NCBI GenBank assembly: GCA_039091855.1
Contig: JAWCLA010000005.1
Span: forward strand, 3,361-29,312
Reading direction: 5' to 3'
DNA: 25,952 bases
Source of the DNA: Candidatus Aenigmatarchaeota archaeon
Lineage (GTDB): Archaea; Aenigmatarchaeota; Aenigmatarchaeia; QMZP01
Numbering within the stretch: position 1 is the first letter of the stretch; the number at the start of each line of letters is the position of its first letter. Position numbers and translations under genes: made by a program. The notes under the pieces were generated by a model that was not told where the DNA came from, searched no databases, and worked only from the letters and a program-made list of their open reading frames with translations. Below are positions 1-7,981 of the stretch, one piece after another.

Positions 1-453
1 ATTAGCAGTTATATATCCTTCAGATAAATAGAATCCGATAAGCCTCATCAAATCCTTTGTGAAAAGCGGGTTGTCTTTAACTTTTGTGCTGTATGAAAAT
101 ACCAGATAGTCTCCTATTTCCAGTTTTTTAGCTTCTATGTATTTCGGTTTCATTGAAAGAAGTTCCTTTTTGTTTACCATTAGCAAATTACATTTGGAAG
201 ATTTTTTTCTGGCTTTCTTCAGCCATTTCCTTTTTATTGAGAGTACAGGGTGTTCTGGTGTTACGCTGAAAGAGTTATAGGGCGATACAAATGGAACAAT
301 CTTTAAAATAGTGCCTTTATGCTCTCTTACAAAAGTTTTCGCTACCAACGTTTCCTTTCCTTTGCTGTTAACAATGCTATCTCCTTTTTCAATTAACTCT
401 ATTGCTTTCCATCTTCCACTGCTTAAAACTACCTTTTCTTTTGCTGGCAGGCA
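1..453 (-). mobile_element. Intein with LAGLIDADG homing endonuclease in iscU (5' part only)
   Basis: After KTYG the protein reads CLPAKEKVVLSSGRWKAIELIEKGD (block A), SVTPEHP (block B TxxH), IEAKKLEIGDYL, then LIGFYLSEG (first LAGLIDADG motif). The frame is open to position 1. Confidence 0.92.
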
Positions 454-639
454 ACCATACGTCTTTACCTTTATGTCCTTAATCCTCTCCTTCCCGTCCT
501 TTCCTTTCTCAACTTTTATGTAAACTTTCATCACGTCCCCACAACGGGGGTTACCCACAGTGCCCACTCCGTCTGGGTTTTTAATCTCTCCCATATTGTG
601 GGGATTCAGAAAATGTTCCATTACCTCCTTGGAGTACAT
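1..639 (-). CDS. iscU: Fe-S cluster scaffold IscU/NifU-N, intein-interrupted, truncated by window edge
   Basis: Not in the ORF track because it has no stop in the window. Manual translation from ATG 639: MYSKEVMEHFLNPHNMGEIKNPDGVGTVGNPRCGDVMKVYIKV...IKDIKVKTYG-C, the classic IscU N-terminus. RBS GAGGTGA at 643-649. Lies downstream of iscS. Confidence 0.95.
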   Translation of the reverse strand, partial: MYSKEVMEHFLNPHNMGEIKNPDGVGTVGNPRCGDVMKVYIKVEKGKDGKERIKDIKVKTYGCLPAKEKVVLSSGRWKAIELIEKGDSIVNSKGKETLVAKTFVREHKGTILKIVPFVSPYNSFSVTPEHPVLSIKRKWLKKARKKSSKCNLLMVNKKELLSMKPKYIEAKKLEIGDYLVFSYSTKVKDNPLFTKDLMRLIGFYLSEGYITAN

Positions 640-655
640 AATTCACCTCTATTGG

Positions 656-907
656 CTATTTCTTCTTTGGCTTTTCTTTAGCTGCTTTGTTCAGCTCGTC
701 AACAAACTTTTTGACATCTATGCCGTGGGCTGATGCGCCCTGCTCTATTGTCTCAAAGGCGGACATTGAGCAGCCTATGCAGTGCATACCGTGTTTTGAG
801 AACACGGGAAATGTCTGGGGAAACCTTTGCAGGACCTCGCCAAAGCTCATATCCTTTGTTATGGGGTTTCCTTCCTTTTTCCTTTTTTCTGAATCCTTCA
901 TTTTCAT
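656..907 (-). CDS. DUF1858 domain protein (hybrid-cluster-associated redox-disulfide type)
   Basis: ITKDMSFGEVLQRFP...GMHCIGC...ETIEQGASAHGID...LN matches the DUF1858 pattern. Located between iscS and iscU. Confidence 0.85.
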   Translation of the reverse strand: MKMKDSEKRKKEGNPITKDMSFGEVLQRFPQTFPVFSKHGMHCIGCSMSAFETIEQGASAHGIDVKKFVDELNKAAKEKPKKK

Positions 908-929
908 AAAACCACTCCTATTGTTTAGA

Positions 930-963
930 AATAAAGCAGAACTGCATAAAATTCCGCTTTATT
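930..963 (-). other. Intergenic 12-bp RNA hairpin between iscS and the DUF1858 gene
   Basis: On the transcribed strand AAUAAAGCGGAA-10 nt loop-UUCUGCUUUAUU is fully paired with one G-U. The same position is an A-C mismatch on the + strand. Confidence 0.55.
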
Positions 964-965
964 GT

Positions 966-2117
966 TTACCTTCTTTTCAGTTTGATAGGGCTTATCTTTC
1001 TCAGGCTTTCAACTATTGGCGGAAGCACGTCCAAAACGTATCCTATGTCTTCCTTTGTGTTGTCCTTTCCGAGAGTCATTCTGAGTGAGCCGTGTGCCTT
1101 CACGGGGCTGAGCCCTATTGCGGTGAGAACGTGGGAAGGAGTAAGCGATTCGCTTGAGCACGCGCTTCCTGTTGAGGCGCAAACCCCTTTTATGTCAAGG
1201 TGCAGCACTATTGACTCTCCTTCTATGTAGTCAAAGCCGAAATTTGTGTTGTTTGGCAGGCGATTCTGCCTTGAGCCATTCAACCAGGAGTCAGGAATTT
1301 TAAGCACACCATCTATAAGCATGTCCCTGAGTTTTGTGAGATATGCTGCTTCCTTGTCCATGTTTTTCAGGGCAAGCTCGGCTGCCTTTCCGAACCCAAC
1401 TATTCCTGCCGTGTTTTCAGTTCCTGCCCTCATCTTTCTCTCCTGAGAGCCGCCTGTTATGAGAGGCTTAATGGAAACTCCGCTCCTTATGTAAAGGCAA
1501 CCAACTCCTTTGGGACCGTAAACCTTGTGAGCAGATGCAGAGAGAAGGTCTATGTTCATTTTTTTCACGTCTATCGGAATTTTACCGAATGTTTGGACAG
1601 CATCAGTGTGGAAAAGTATACCATGGTCTCTGCATATCTTTCCTATCTCTGCTATCGGCTGTATGGTTCCTATTTCGTTGTTCGCGTGCATTATGGAAAC
1701 AATCTTGGTTTTATTTGTTATTGCCTTCTCCAAATCTTCCGGGTTCACGAAGCCGTCTCTTGATACAGGCAGGTAGGTTACTTTCACTCCCTCCTTTTCA
1801 AGCGCTTCGCAGGTGTGGAGAATGGCATGGTGCTCGAAAGAGCTTGTTATTATATGGTCTCCTTTTTTGACAGCTCCCCTGAGCGCCATGTTGTCTGACT
1901 CGGAGCCGCCTGAACTGAAAACAATCTCGTAAGGCTCTGCGTTTATTACTTTCGCTACTTTTGACCTGCTTTCCTCTATCGCTTCCTTAGCCTCCCTGCC
2001 AAGGGAGTAAAGGCTCGATGCATTGCCATACTTTTGGCTGAAAAACGGCAGCATAGCCTCAAGAACTTCCTTTGCCACAGGTGTCGTTGCAGCGTGATCC
2101 AAATAGACCCTTCTCAT
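966..2117 (-). CDS. iscS: Cysteine desulfurase IscS/NifS (group I)
   Basis: YLDHAATT, HTDAVQ, SAHKVYGPKGVG (PLP lysine), RAGTEN, STGSACSS (catalytic Cys). Confidence 0.97.
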   Translation of the reverse strand: MRRVYLDHAATTPVAKEVLEAMLPFFSQKYGNASSLYSLGREAKEAIEESRSKVAKVINAEPYEIVFSSGGSESDNMALRGAVKKGDHIITSSFEHHAILHTCEALEKEGVKVTYLPVSRDGFVNPEDLEKAITNKTKIVSIMHANNEIGTIQPIAEIGKICRDHGILFHTDAVQTFGKIPIDVKKMNIDLLSASAHKVYGPKGVGCLYIRSGVSIKPLITGGSQERKMRAGTENTAGIVGFGKAAELALKNMDKEAAYLTKLRDMLIDGVLKIPDSWLNGSRQNRLPNNTNFGFDYIEGESIVLHLDIKGVCASTGSACSSESLTPSHVLTAIGLSPVKAHGSLRMTLGKDNTKEDIGYVLDVLPPIVESLRKISPIKLKRR

Positions 2118-2142
2118 ATCTTCTCTCCTGCAAAAATCGCAT

Positions 2143-2346
2143 TCAGCCTGAAACGAGCTTTATTGCCTCTTCAGGGCAGTTCGCAACGCATGAGCCGCAC
2201 TCAAGGCAGTCCTGCGGCCTAGCGACAACAGACTTGTTGTTTTTTATCTCAAAAACGTTTGCTGGGCAAACGGATTTGCAAGTCCCGCAACCCGTGCACT
2301 TTTTTAAATCCACTTTGGGGAACTTGTGTCCTATTTTTCCTGGCAT
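2143..2346 (-). CDS. 2x[4Fe-4S] ferredoxin
   Basis: Two CxxCxxCxxxCP motifs (CTGCGTCKSVCP, CLECGSCVANCP). GGAGGT RBS just upstream. Confidence 0.93.
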   Translation of the reverse strand: MPGKIGHKFPKVDLKKCTGCGTCKSVCPANVFEIKNNKSVVARPQDCLECGSCVANCPEEAIKLVSG

Positions 2347-2412
2347 CGAAATACCTCCGGATTTTTAAGATTATGGAAAATATTGGATTGATGAAATAAT
2401 ATATGTGTTGGG

Positions 2413-2435
2413 TTTATAAATATAACACTGTTATA
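2413..2435 (-). promoter_or_regulatory. TATA box plus abutting palindrome upstream of the ferredoxin-iscS-DUF1858-iscU unit
   Basis: TTTATAAA at 2413-2420 and perfect palindrome TATAACA-C-TGTTATA at 2421-2435. Confidence 0.45.
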
Positions 2436-2464
2436 ATGACCTTTCAATCAGCCTCAATTAATTA

Positions 2465-3160
2465 TCACGCTAACCTTACATCTGTGTCAACATACTTTCT
2501 GCACAAATCCCTTAATTCCACCATCTCCTTCTCCGTGAATGGTTTTTCCGTCTCGAACTCTGGTTTAAGGGTGTTTTTCGGCCTGAACTGCTGCAGCCAG
2601 AATTTATTAGCGCCTTTCACGAGCATTGCCATCTCCTCCACATCCTCCCTCGTGTGCAAGGCAGGAAGAATTGTGCTCCTGAACTCGTGTCCAATACCTG
2701 AGTTTATTATCAGCCTTATGCTCTCTTTTATCTTTCCTGTGTCTGCTTTCACCCCTGAGGTTTTTTCATAGCTTTCAATCGGTCCCTTTATGTCCATTGC
2801 TATGAAATCCACAAGCCCTTTCTCTATGAGTTCTTTGAGCATTTCCGGATTTGAGCCGTTCGTGTCGAGCTTGGCATCGTAGCCAAGCCCCTTGATTTTT
2901 TTCATAAACTCAGGCAAATCCTTATGAATCGTTGGTTCGCCTCCTGATATAACAACACCATCGAGCCACTCTCTCCTTTCCTTAAGGAATTCCAAAACCT
3001 CTTCTTCAGGTATTGACCCAATTTCCTGTTGACACAACACGAGCTCCCTGTTGTGGCAGAAAGGGCACCTGAAATTGCACCCGCCAAGAAAAATGACAGC
3101 AGCCAGCCTTCCTGGGTAGTCTATAACCGAGTTCTTCTCGATTCCTTTTATCTCTACCAT
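2465..3160 (-). CDS. nrdG: Anaerobic ribonucleotide reductase activating enzyme (radical SAM)
   Basis: DYPG...IFLGGCNFRCPFCHN (CxxxCxxC), VVISGGEPT, KLDTNG, MDIK. Directly downstream of nrdD. Confidence 0.93.
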   Translation of the reverse strand: MVEIKGIEKNSVIDYPGRLAAVIFLGGCNFRCPFCHNRELVLCQQEIGSIPEEEVLEFLKERREWLDGVVISGGEPTIHKDLPEFMKKIKGLGYDAKLDTNGSNPEMLKELIEKGLVDFIAMDIKGPIESYEKTSGVKADTGKIKESIRLIINSGIGHEFRSTILPALHTREDVEEMAMLVKGANKFWLQQFRPKNTLKPEFETEKPFTEKEMVELRDLCRKYVDTDVRLA

Positions 3161-3190
3161 ATTATCAACTTAGCGAAAAAAGTAAAAAGA

Positions 3191-6100
3191 TTACGAAGCC
3201 ATGCACCTCATCGGCTTCTCAAGCGCCTTTTTCTCCGAGAATTCCAGCCTGTCCCTGAACTCTTCCTGCTTGCCGGCATTCCAGTTCCTTACGGGCCTGA
3301 AGTATCCAACAATCCTTGTGTAGACCTCGTTCTCTCTGCCACAAGTTGGGCATATTTCAACCTCTCCCTTCTGGTATCCGTGCTCCTTGCAAATGCTGAA
3401 AGTGGGTGTTATAGAGAAGTAAGGAAGTTTTGTGTTGAACGCTATCTTCTTCACGAGGGTTTTTGCCGCCTCGCCACTTGAAAGCCTCTCACCAAGGAAT
3501 GTGTGGAATATTGTCCCTCCTGTATAAAGAGGTTGTATGTCGTTCTGGTGCTCAAGAGCCTTTACCAAGTCGTCTGTGTAATTCACTGGCAGTTGGGTTG
3601 AATTTGTAAGATATGGTTCCTTCTCTCCTGCGGTGTATATGTCCGGATACATCTGCTTGTCAAGCCTGGCAAGCCTGTATGAAGTCGATTCGGCAGGCGT
3701 TGCCTCCAGGTTGTAAAGGTTTCCTGTCTCCATCTGGAACTGCCTTATCATATCCCTCATAAATTTAAGGACCTTTATCGTGAATGCCTTTCCCTCCGGT
3801 GTTGAGATGTCCTTCTTCAGGAAGTTGACGCAGCACTCGTTCATTCCACACAGGCCGATTGTTGAGAAATGGTTGTTGAACGTTCCCAAGTATGTCTTTG
3901 TATAAGGCATAAGCCCGTTCTGTAGGTTTTTCTCAATAACCTTCCTCTTTATCTCCAAAGCGTCCCTTGCCAAAAGCATATAGTGCTTAAGCTTATCGAA
4001 GAACTCCTCCTCGCTCTTTGCCTCATAACCAATCCTGTTCATGTTTATTGTGACCACTCCTATGGAACCCGTGTTGTCTCCAGGTCCCCACATGTTTCCA
4101 GGCCTGTTCATAAGCTCTTTCTGGTCTATATTAAGCCTGCAGCACATTGCCCTTATCGCACCTGGGTCCAAGTCGCTTCCAACATAGTTCTGGAAGTATG
4201 GAGTCCCGTATTTTGCTGTCAGCTCGAAAAGCAGCTTTGCATTCTCGCTTTCCCAATCGAAATCCTTTGTCACATTGTAGGTGGGTATGGGGAATGTGAA
4301 TATTCTTCCGTTCGCATCGCCTTCCAGCATCACCTCAAGGAATGCCTTGTTTATCATGTCCATCTCCTTCTGGCAGTCCCCATAAGTGAAGTCCTGCGGC
4401 TTTCCGCCAACTATTGCTGGCTCGTTCTTCAAATCCTCGGGAACAGTCCAGTCAAACGTGAGGTTAGAAAACGGGTATTGTGAATTGCCGCTTATAAAAA
4501 CCTTTCCATTTCTTCTAACAATTACTGTGCCGTTGGTCGTCGTCGGACACCACACCATCCCATCATAGTCAACATCCTCTATTCTCCCCACCTGCGTAAA
4601 ATCATGCTTTATAATTCTTACAGTATAAATCCCGTTTTCGTTCAAAGAACATGTGCTTCCCCATCCTGCCTTTACAGCAAGCTCCTGAAATATATCTGCA
4701 TCCTCTTTCTTCTTTGTATAAATCTTATTCTCCTTTGACCAGCCATCTGCTCTCATATAAGTTTCAAGGAATTCTCTTGCCTGCTCTGTTGAAAGATCTC
4801 TTACTGCAGAAGGAACATCTTTCTTGTATTCAGGAAAGAATTGTTTGTAAATTCTTTTTGAATCTGGTCTGCTTAGCCTGAATCTTACGCAGTTTCTTTT
4901 TCCGGTATATCCAGAAGCTCTCATCATCTCATCAAAATTAATTCCAAGATTACCAAGGGTCCCTCTTATTTCAACGCAGTTTTCAGGATTAATTTCAGCT
5001 GACTGGTGTATTGCTGTCCTTTCATTTTTGCAAAGACTGCCCTCTGAAACTATCCAAGATAAAAGGTTTACCATGTCTGAATTCATTTCCGTGCCTTTGA
5101 ATCTTCCTCCCAATGGCACAAGCGGCGTCTTGGTTTTCAGTTTATCTGCCTCCTCAAATACGTATTTAGACTCAGAAATCCCTTTCTTGTAATTATGTAT
5201 TCTTCTTAGAACCCTGTGATTAGGAGTGACCAATTGATCTGTTATCCTATTTACCAGTCTCTTCATCTTGCCTTTATAGTGATATTTTGTCATTCTCAGA
5301 ACAGGCAGGTATTCTATTTCCTCGCTTTTCATATTAAATGTGGCTATTAACTCTCCTTCTTTTAAATTTACACCCCTTTTCCATCCATCCTTGGTAAGGA
5401 TTTCTGTATCCTCACTAAAGCATCCCCACCTTGAAGGTATATTAAGTGAGAAAACGAGCTGCTGCATGTTCTGCTTTACTGCCTTGTAGTCAAGCTTCTC
5501 AACCTTCACGAAAGGCGCAAGGAATGTGTCAACGCTTGAGAATGCCTGAGCGCCTGCGAACTCCATCTGCAAGCAGCCGATATAGTTTACCATCTGGTGA
5601 ACAACCGTTGAAAGGTGCTTTGCCGGCTTGCAGTCAACCTTGTTCGGAACACCGCCAAAACCCCTCACGAGAAGGTTCTTTAGGGACCAGCCGGCACAAT
5701 TGTGAGCCAAAATACCATTGCATAAAAACGTGTGGGTTTTTGTAGTAATGTCATAAACAAATTCACTGTCATTTTTTATATACTCTATCTTCCTTAAGCT
5801 GCTGAACTGCTTTTTCTTGTAGAATTTCTTGGAATATTTGAAATCCCTTCCTATTTTCAGGCTTTCGGTGAAAAGATGTGATTTCTCCTGCGGTATGAAT
5901 AATGTGAGGGAATAAAGCTGCTTTCTCGGGGAGATTATGGTTTCCTTATATTTTCTCTCCCCAAAAGACTCGATTGTGCATAATGATGAGTTTATCCTTT
6001 GACATTCCAACCAAAACTGGATTTGGCTAAGAAGGGTCTTCGAGGTCATTCTTATGTTTACTCTTGATACCCATGGATCATCATTCCTAACAGCACCATC

Positions 6101-7978
6101 ACCATCTATGATCCCTGATATCATACCGCCGATAAATTCAGGGTTGTAATTCATAAAGTCGATAGGAAGATTCTTGTTTTCCGAGTATGGTCTGATAGTT
6201 GCAAATAGTGTCTGCATATCATGTGGAAGGCTGTTTATTGGAACATCAAGTATCATACTGCCTTCAATATGCTGTATACCGGCATTAGAACTTCTCTGTG
6301 AAAGGTTGTAGGCTATTCCGTTAATGTCAAGATATGAAACAAGCTTTCGGAAAACAGCGTCTTCAGCTGCCATCTCGAAGCTAAGGTACCCTTTTTTGTA
6401 ATACCCTTCTGATATGAAAAGTCCTATGAACCATCCATCAATTGCGGCCATGTTGATTTTATTATGTGGGCTCAACTCAAAATTGGGTGTTATGACATAA
6501 TTATTAAGGGTTATTTCGTCCGCGCGTTTTTCCTTTCTGCTATAAAATTCCGGAATAAAAACAGGTAGACTAAAGTTTGATTCACATGACTTGCACCTGT
6601 AATAGTCCTTCTCACCATCCTTTAATCTCTTTCTGGACCTTGTTTTAATTATATTTATTGAGTTGCATACAGGACAGGCAGAATTCTTGGTATCATCAAG
6701 GGTGATGAAGGGATGGTCTGCTGTGACTATTATATTGTGTCCATTGAACGAATTGAATGATATAAGAGGCTTGTCTGACTTGTGCCTAAGCAACCTCTCT
6801 ATGTCGGTCCATCCACCTTCATCAAGAATTTCATAGTCAGTTGAATATTTTATCTCGAATCCGTTATCTGTTTCTATAGGGGTATCAACGAGGTCAAAAA
6901 GCTGCTCAAGGCTAAGCGTAAGTATATCTTTTGTTTTCTTGTGCCTGACCACAACAACCTCATTCCTGTAAAAGGAATACCCTATCACCCCGTGTGACAA
7001 ATCGTGTATGTGGAAATATCCCTTCCTGTGAGCCTCCGCAATCGCAGGGGTGTACATCCTTGTAAGGTTGTAGTTGGCCATAACCTTTCCCGCTGCATAA
7101 AGAAGCAGTCCTGAAAATGAGTATTGCTCGTTGCTGTTCTCCCTTACCCTCCAGTCTTCCTGGTTTATGTAAGAGTCAATTGTCTGCTCAACATCCACAA
7201 ATGTTGACTTTGTTTCCCTTATCTTTGCCTGCTGCTCCCTGTAAAGTATGAACGCCTTAGCCGTCTTCGCGTGTCCGTTCTCTATCAGTATCTTCTCAAC
7301 TATGTCCTGTATCTGCTCAACCTGCGGTGGGTTCTTGTCAGTAAACCTTCCTTCCAGTGCCTCTACAACCTTGTCGGCAAGCCCCTCTGCTATGCTTTTG
7401 TCAGTCCCTCCAACAGACTCAGCTGCCTTCCATATAGCGTTTACTATTCTTTCCCTGTCAAACTTCACTACCGTTCCGTCCCTTTTTATGACATAATGAA
7501 GTTTCGGCTTCAGTCCGAGCCTTTCCCTTTCCTCTGCGAGCTTCTTCAGCTCTGCCTCAAATGATGTTATGTCAGTGAATTCCTTGTAAACAGAAGCGTA
7601 TCTTATGTATGCAACCTTGTCGGTCTCCTTCAGCTTCTTCATCACAAGCTCTCCTATGAATTTTGTAGAAACCTCTGGCTTCTCCGCCTTCCTAAGTTCG
7701 CTTTCAATCTCGTCCACTATCCTCTCTATCTGCTCTTGTGTTATTGTCCTTTTCTCGCAGGCCTTTGTTATGCTTGTCTGCAGCTTTCTCCTATCATAAT
7801 TTTCCCTTCTGCCGTCCTTCTTTATCACCGCCAAGTCAACGGCCTCAACCCTCTCGTAAGTCGTGAACCTCTTCCCGCATTTCTCGCACTCCCTTCTCCT
7901 TCTCGTAATCATTAGATCAGAAGTCTCCCTCTTGTCAATTACCTTGTTTTCCTCAGAACCGCAATAAGGGCATTTCAT
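3191..7978 (-). CDS. nrdD: NrdR repressor fused to class III anaerobic ribonucleotide reductase NrdD, with two inteins (1595-aa precursor, about 856 aa spliced)
   Basis: Start reassigned to ATG 7978 (MKCPYCG) with GGAGG upstream. NrdD motifs: own ATP-cone (VIKRDG), HIHDL, Y|CAGWSL, GAQAF, FTFPIPT, RAMCCRL finger loop, EATPAES, YLTNSTQ, zinc site CKEH...CPTC, glycyl-radical YTRIVGY. Confidence 0.95.
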   Translation of the reverse strand: MKCPYCGSEENKVIDKRETSDLMITRRRRECEKCGKRFTTYERVEAVDLAVIKKDGRRENYDRRKLQTSITKACEKRTITQEQIERIVDEIESELRKAEKPEVSTKFIGELVMKKLKETDKVAYIRYASVYKEFTDITSFEAELKKLAEERERLGLKPKLHYVIKRDGTVVKFDRERIVNAIWKAAESVGGTDKSIAEGLADKVVEALEGRFTDKNPPQVEQIQDIVEKILIENGHAKTAKAFILYREQQAKIRETKSTFVDVEQTIDSYINQEDWRVRENSNEQYSFSGLLLYAAGKVMANYNLTRMYTPAIAEAHRKGYFHIHDLSHGVIGYSFYRNEVVVVRHKKTKDILTLSLEQLFDLVDTPIETDNGFEIKYSTDYEILDEGGWTDIERLLRHKSDKPLISFNSFNGHNIIVTADHPFITLDDTKNSACPVCNSINIIKTRSRKRLKDGEKDYYRCKSCESNFSLPVFIPEFYSRKEKRADEITLNNYVITPNFELSPHNKINMAAIDGWFIGLFISEGYYKKGYLSFEMAAEDAVFRKLVSYLDINGIAYNLSQRSSNAGIQHIEGSMILDVPINSLPHDMQTLFATIRPYSENKNLPIDFMNYNPEFIGGMISGIIDGDGAVRNDDPWVSRVNIRMTSKTLLSQIQFWLECQRINSSLCTIESFGERKYKETIISPRKQLYSLTLFIPQEKSHLFTESLKIGRDFKYSKKFYKKKQFSSLRKIEYIKNDSEFVYDITTKTHTFLCNGILAHNCAGWSLKNLLVRGFGGVPNKVDCKPAKHLSTVVHQMVNYIGCLQMEFAGAQAFSSVDTFLAPFVKVEKLDYKAVKQNMQQLVFSLNIPSRWGCFSEDTEILTKDGWKRGVNLKEGELIATFNMKSEEIEYLPVLRMTKYHYKGKMKRLVNRITDQLVTPNHRVLRRIHNYKKGISESKYVFEEADKLKTKTPLVPLGGRFKGTEMNSDMVNLLSWIVSEGSLCKNERTAIHQSAEINPENCVEIRGTLGNLGINFDEMMRASGYTGKRNCVRFRLSRPDSKRIYKQFFPEYKKDVPSAVRDLSTEQAREFLETYMRADGWSKENKIYTKKKEDADIFQELAVKAGWGSTCSLNENGIYTVRIIKHDFTQVGRIEDVDYDGMVWCPTTTNGTVIVRRNGKVFISGNSQYPFSNLTFDWTVPEDLKNEPAIVGGKPQDFTYGDCQKEMDMINKAFLEVMLEGDANGRIFTFPIPTYNVTKDFDWESENAKLLFELTAKYGTPYFQNYVGSDLDPGAIRAMCCRLNIDQKELMNRPGNMWGPGDNTGSIGVVTINMNRIGYEAKSEEEFFDKLKHYMLLARDALEIKRKVIEKNLQNGLMPYTKTYLGTFNNHFSTIGLCGMNECCVNFLKKDISTPEGKAFTIKVLKFMRDMIRQFQMETGNLYNLEATPAESTSYRLARLDKQMYPDIYTAGEKEPYLTNSTQLPVNYTDDLVKALEHQNDIQPLYTGGTIFHTFLGERLSSGEAAKTLVKKIAFNTKLPYFSITPTFSICKEHGYQKGEVEICPTCGRENEVYTRIVGYFRPVRNWNAGKQEEFRDRLEFSEKKALEKPMRCMAS
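4484..5422 (-). mobile_element. Intein 2 in nrdD (313 aa, LAGLIDADG-like, ends in GN)
   Basis: IPSRWG|CFSEDTEILTKDGWK, block B VTPNHR, LLSWIVSEG and FLETYMRADG, C-terminus YDGMVWCPTTTNGTVIVRRNGKVFISGN|SQYPFSN. Confidence 0.93.
5699..6976 (-). mobile_element. Intein 1 in nrdD (426 aa, Ser1, LAGLIDADG endonuclease, inserted zinc ribbon)
   Basis: VIGY|SFYRNE..., block B VTADHPF, FIGLFISEG and ISGIIDGDG, C-terminus VYDITTKTHTFLCNGILAHN|CAGWSL. Confidence 0.93.
7535..7978 (-). other. nrdR: Full-length NrdR domain (zinc ribbon plus ATP-cone) at the N-terminus of the nrdD ORF
   Basis: MKCPYCG...KVIDKR...RRRRECEKCGKRFTTYER, VIKKDGRRE.YDR.K, and DKVAYIRYASVYKEF. This is the whole NrdR signature, with no stop before NrdD. 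Confidence 0.92.
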
Positions 7979-7981
7979 ATA

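Noticed and set aside
2421-2435. SurR binding site
   Set aside because: The core is AAC-N3-GTT, the reverse arrangement of SurR's GTT-N3-AAC.
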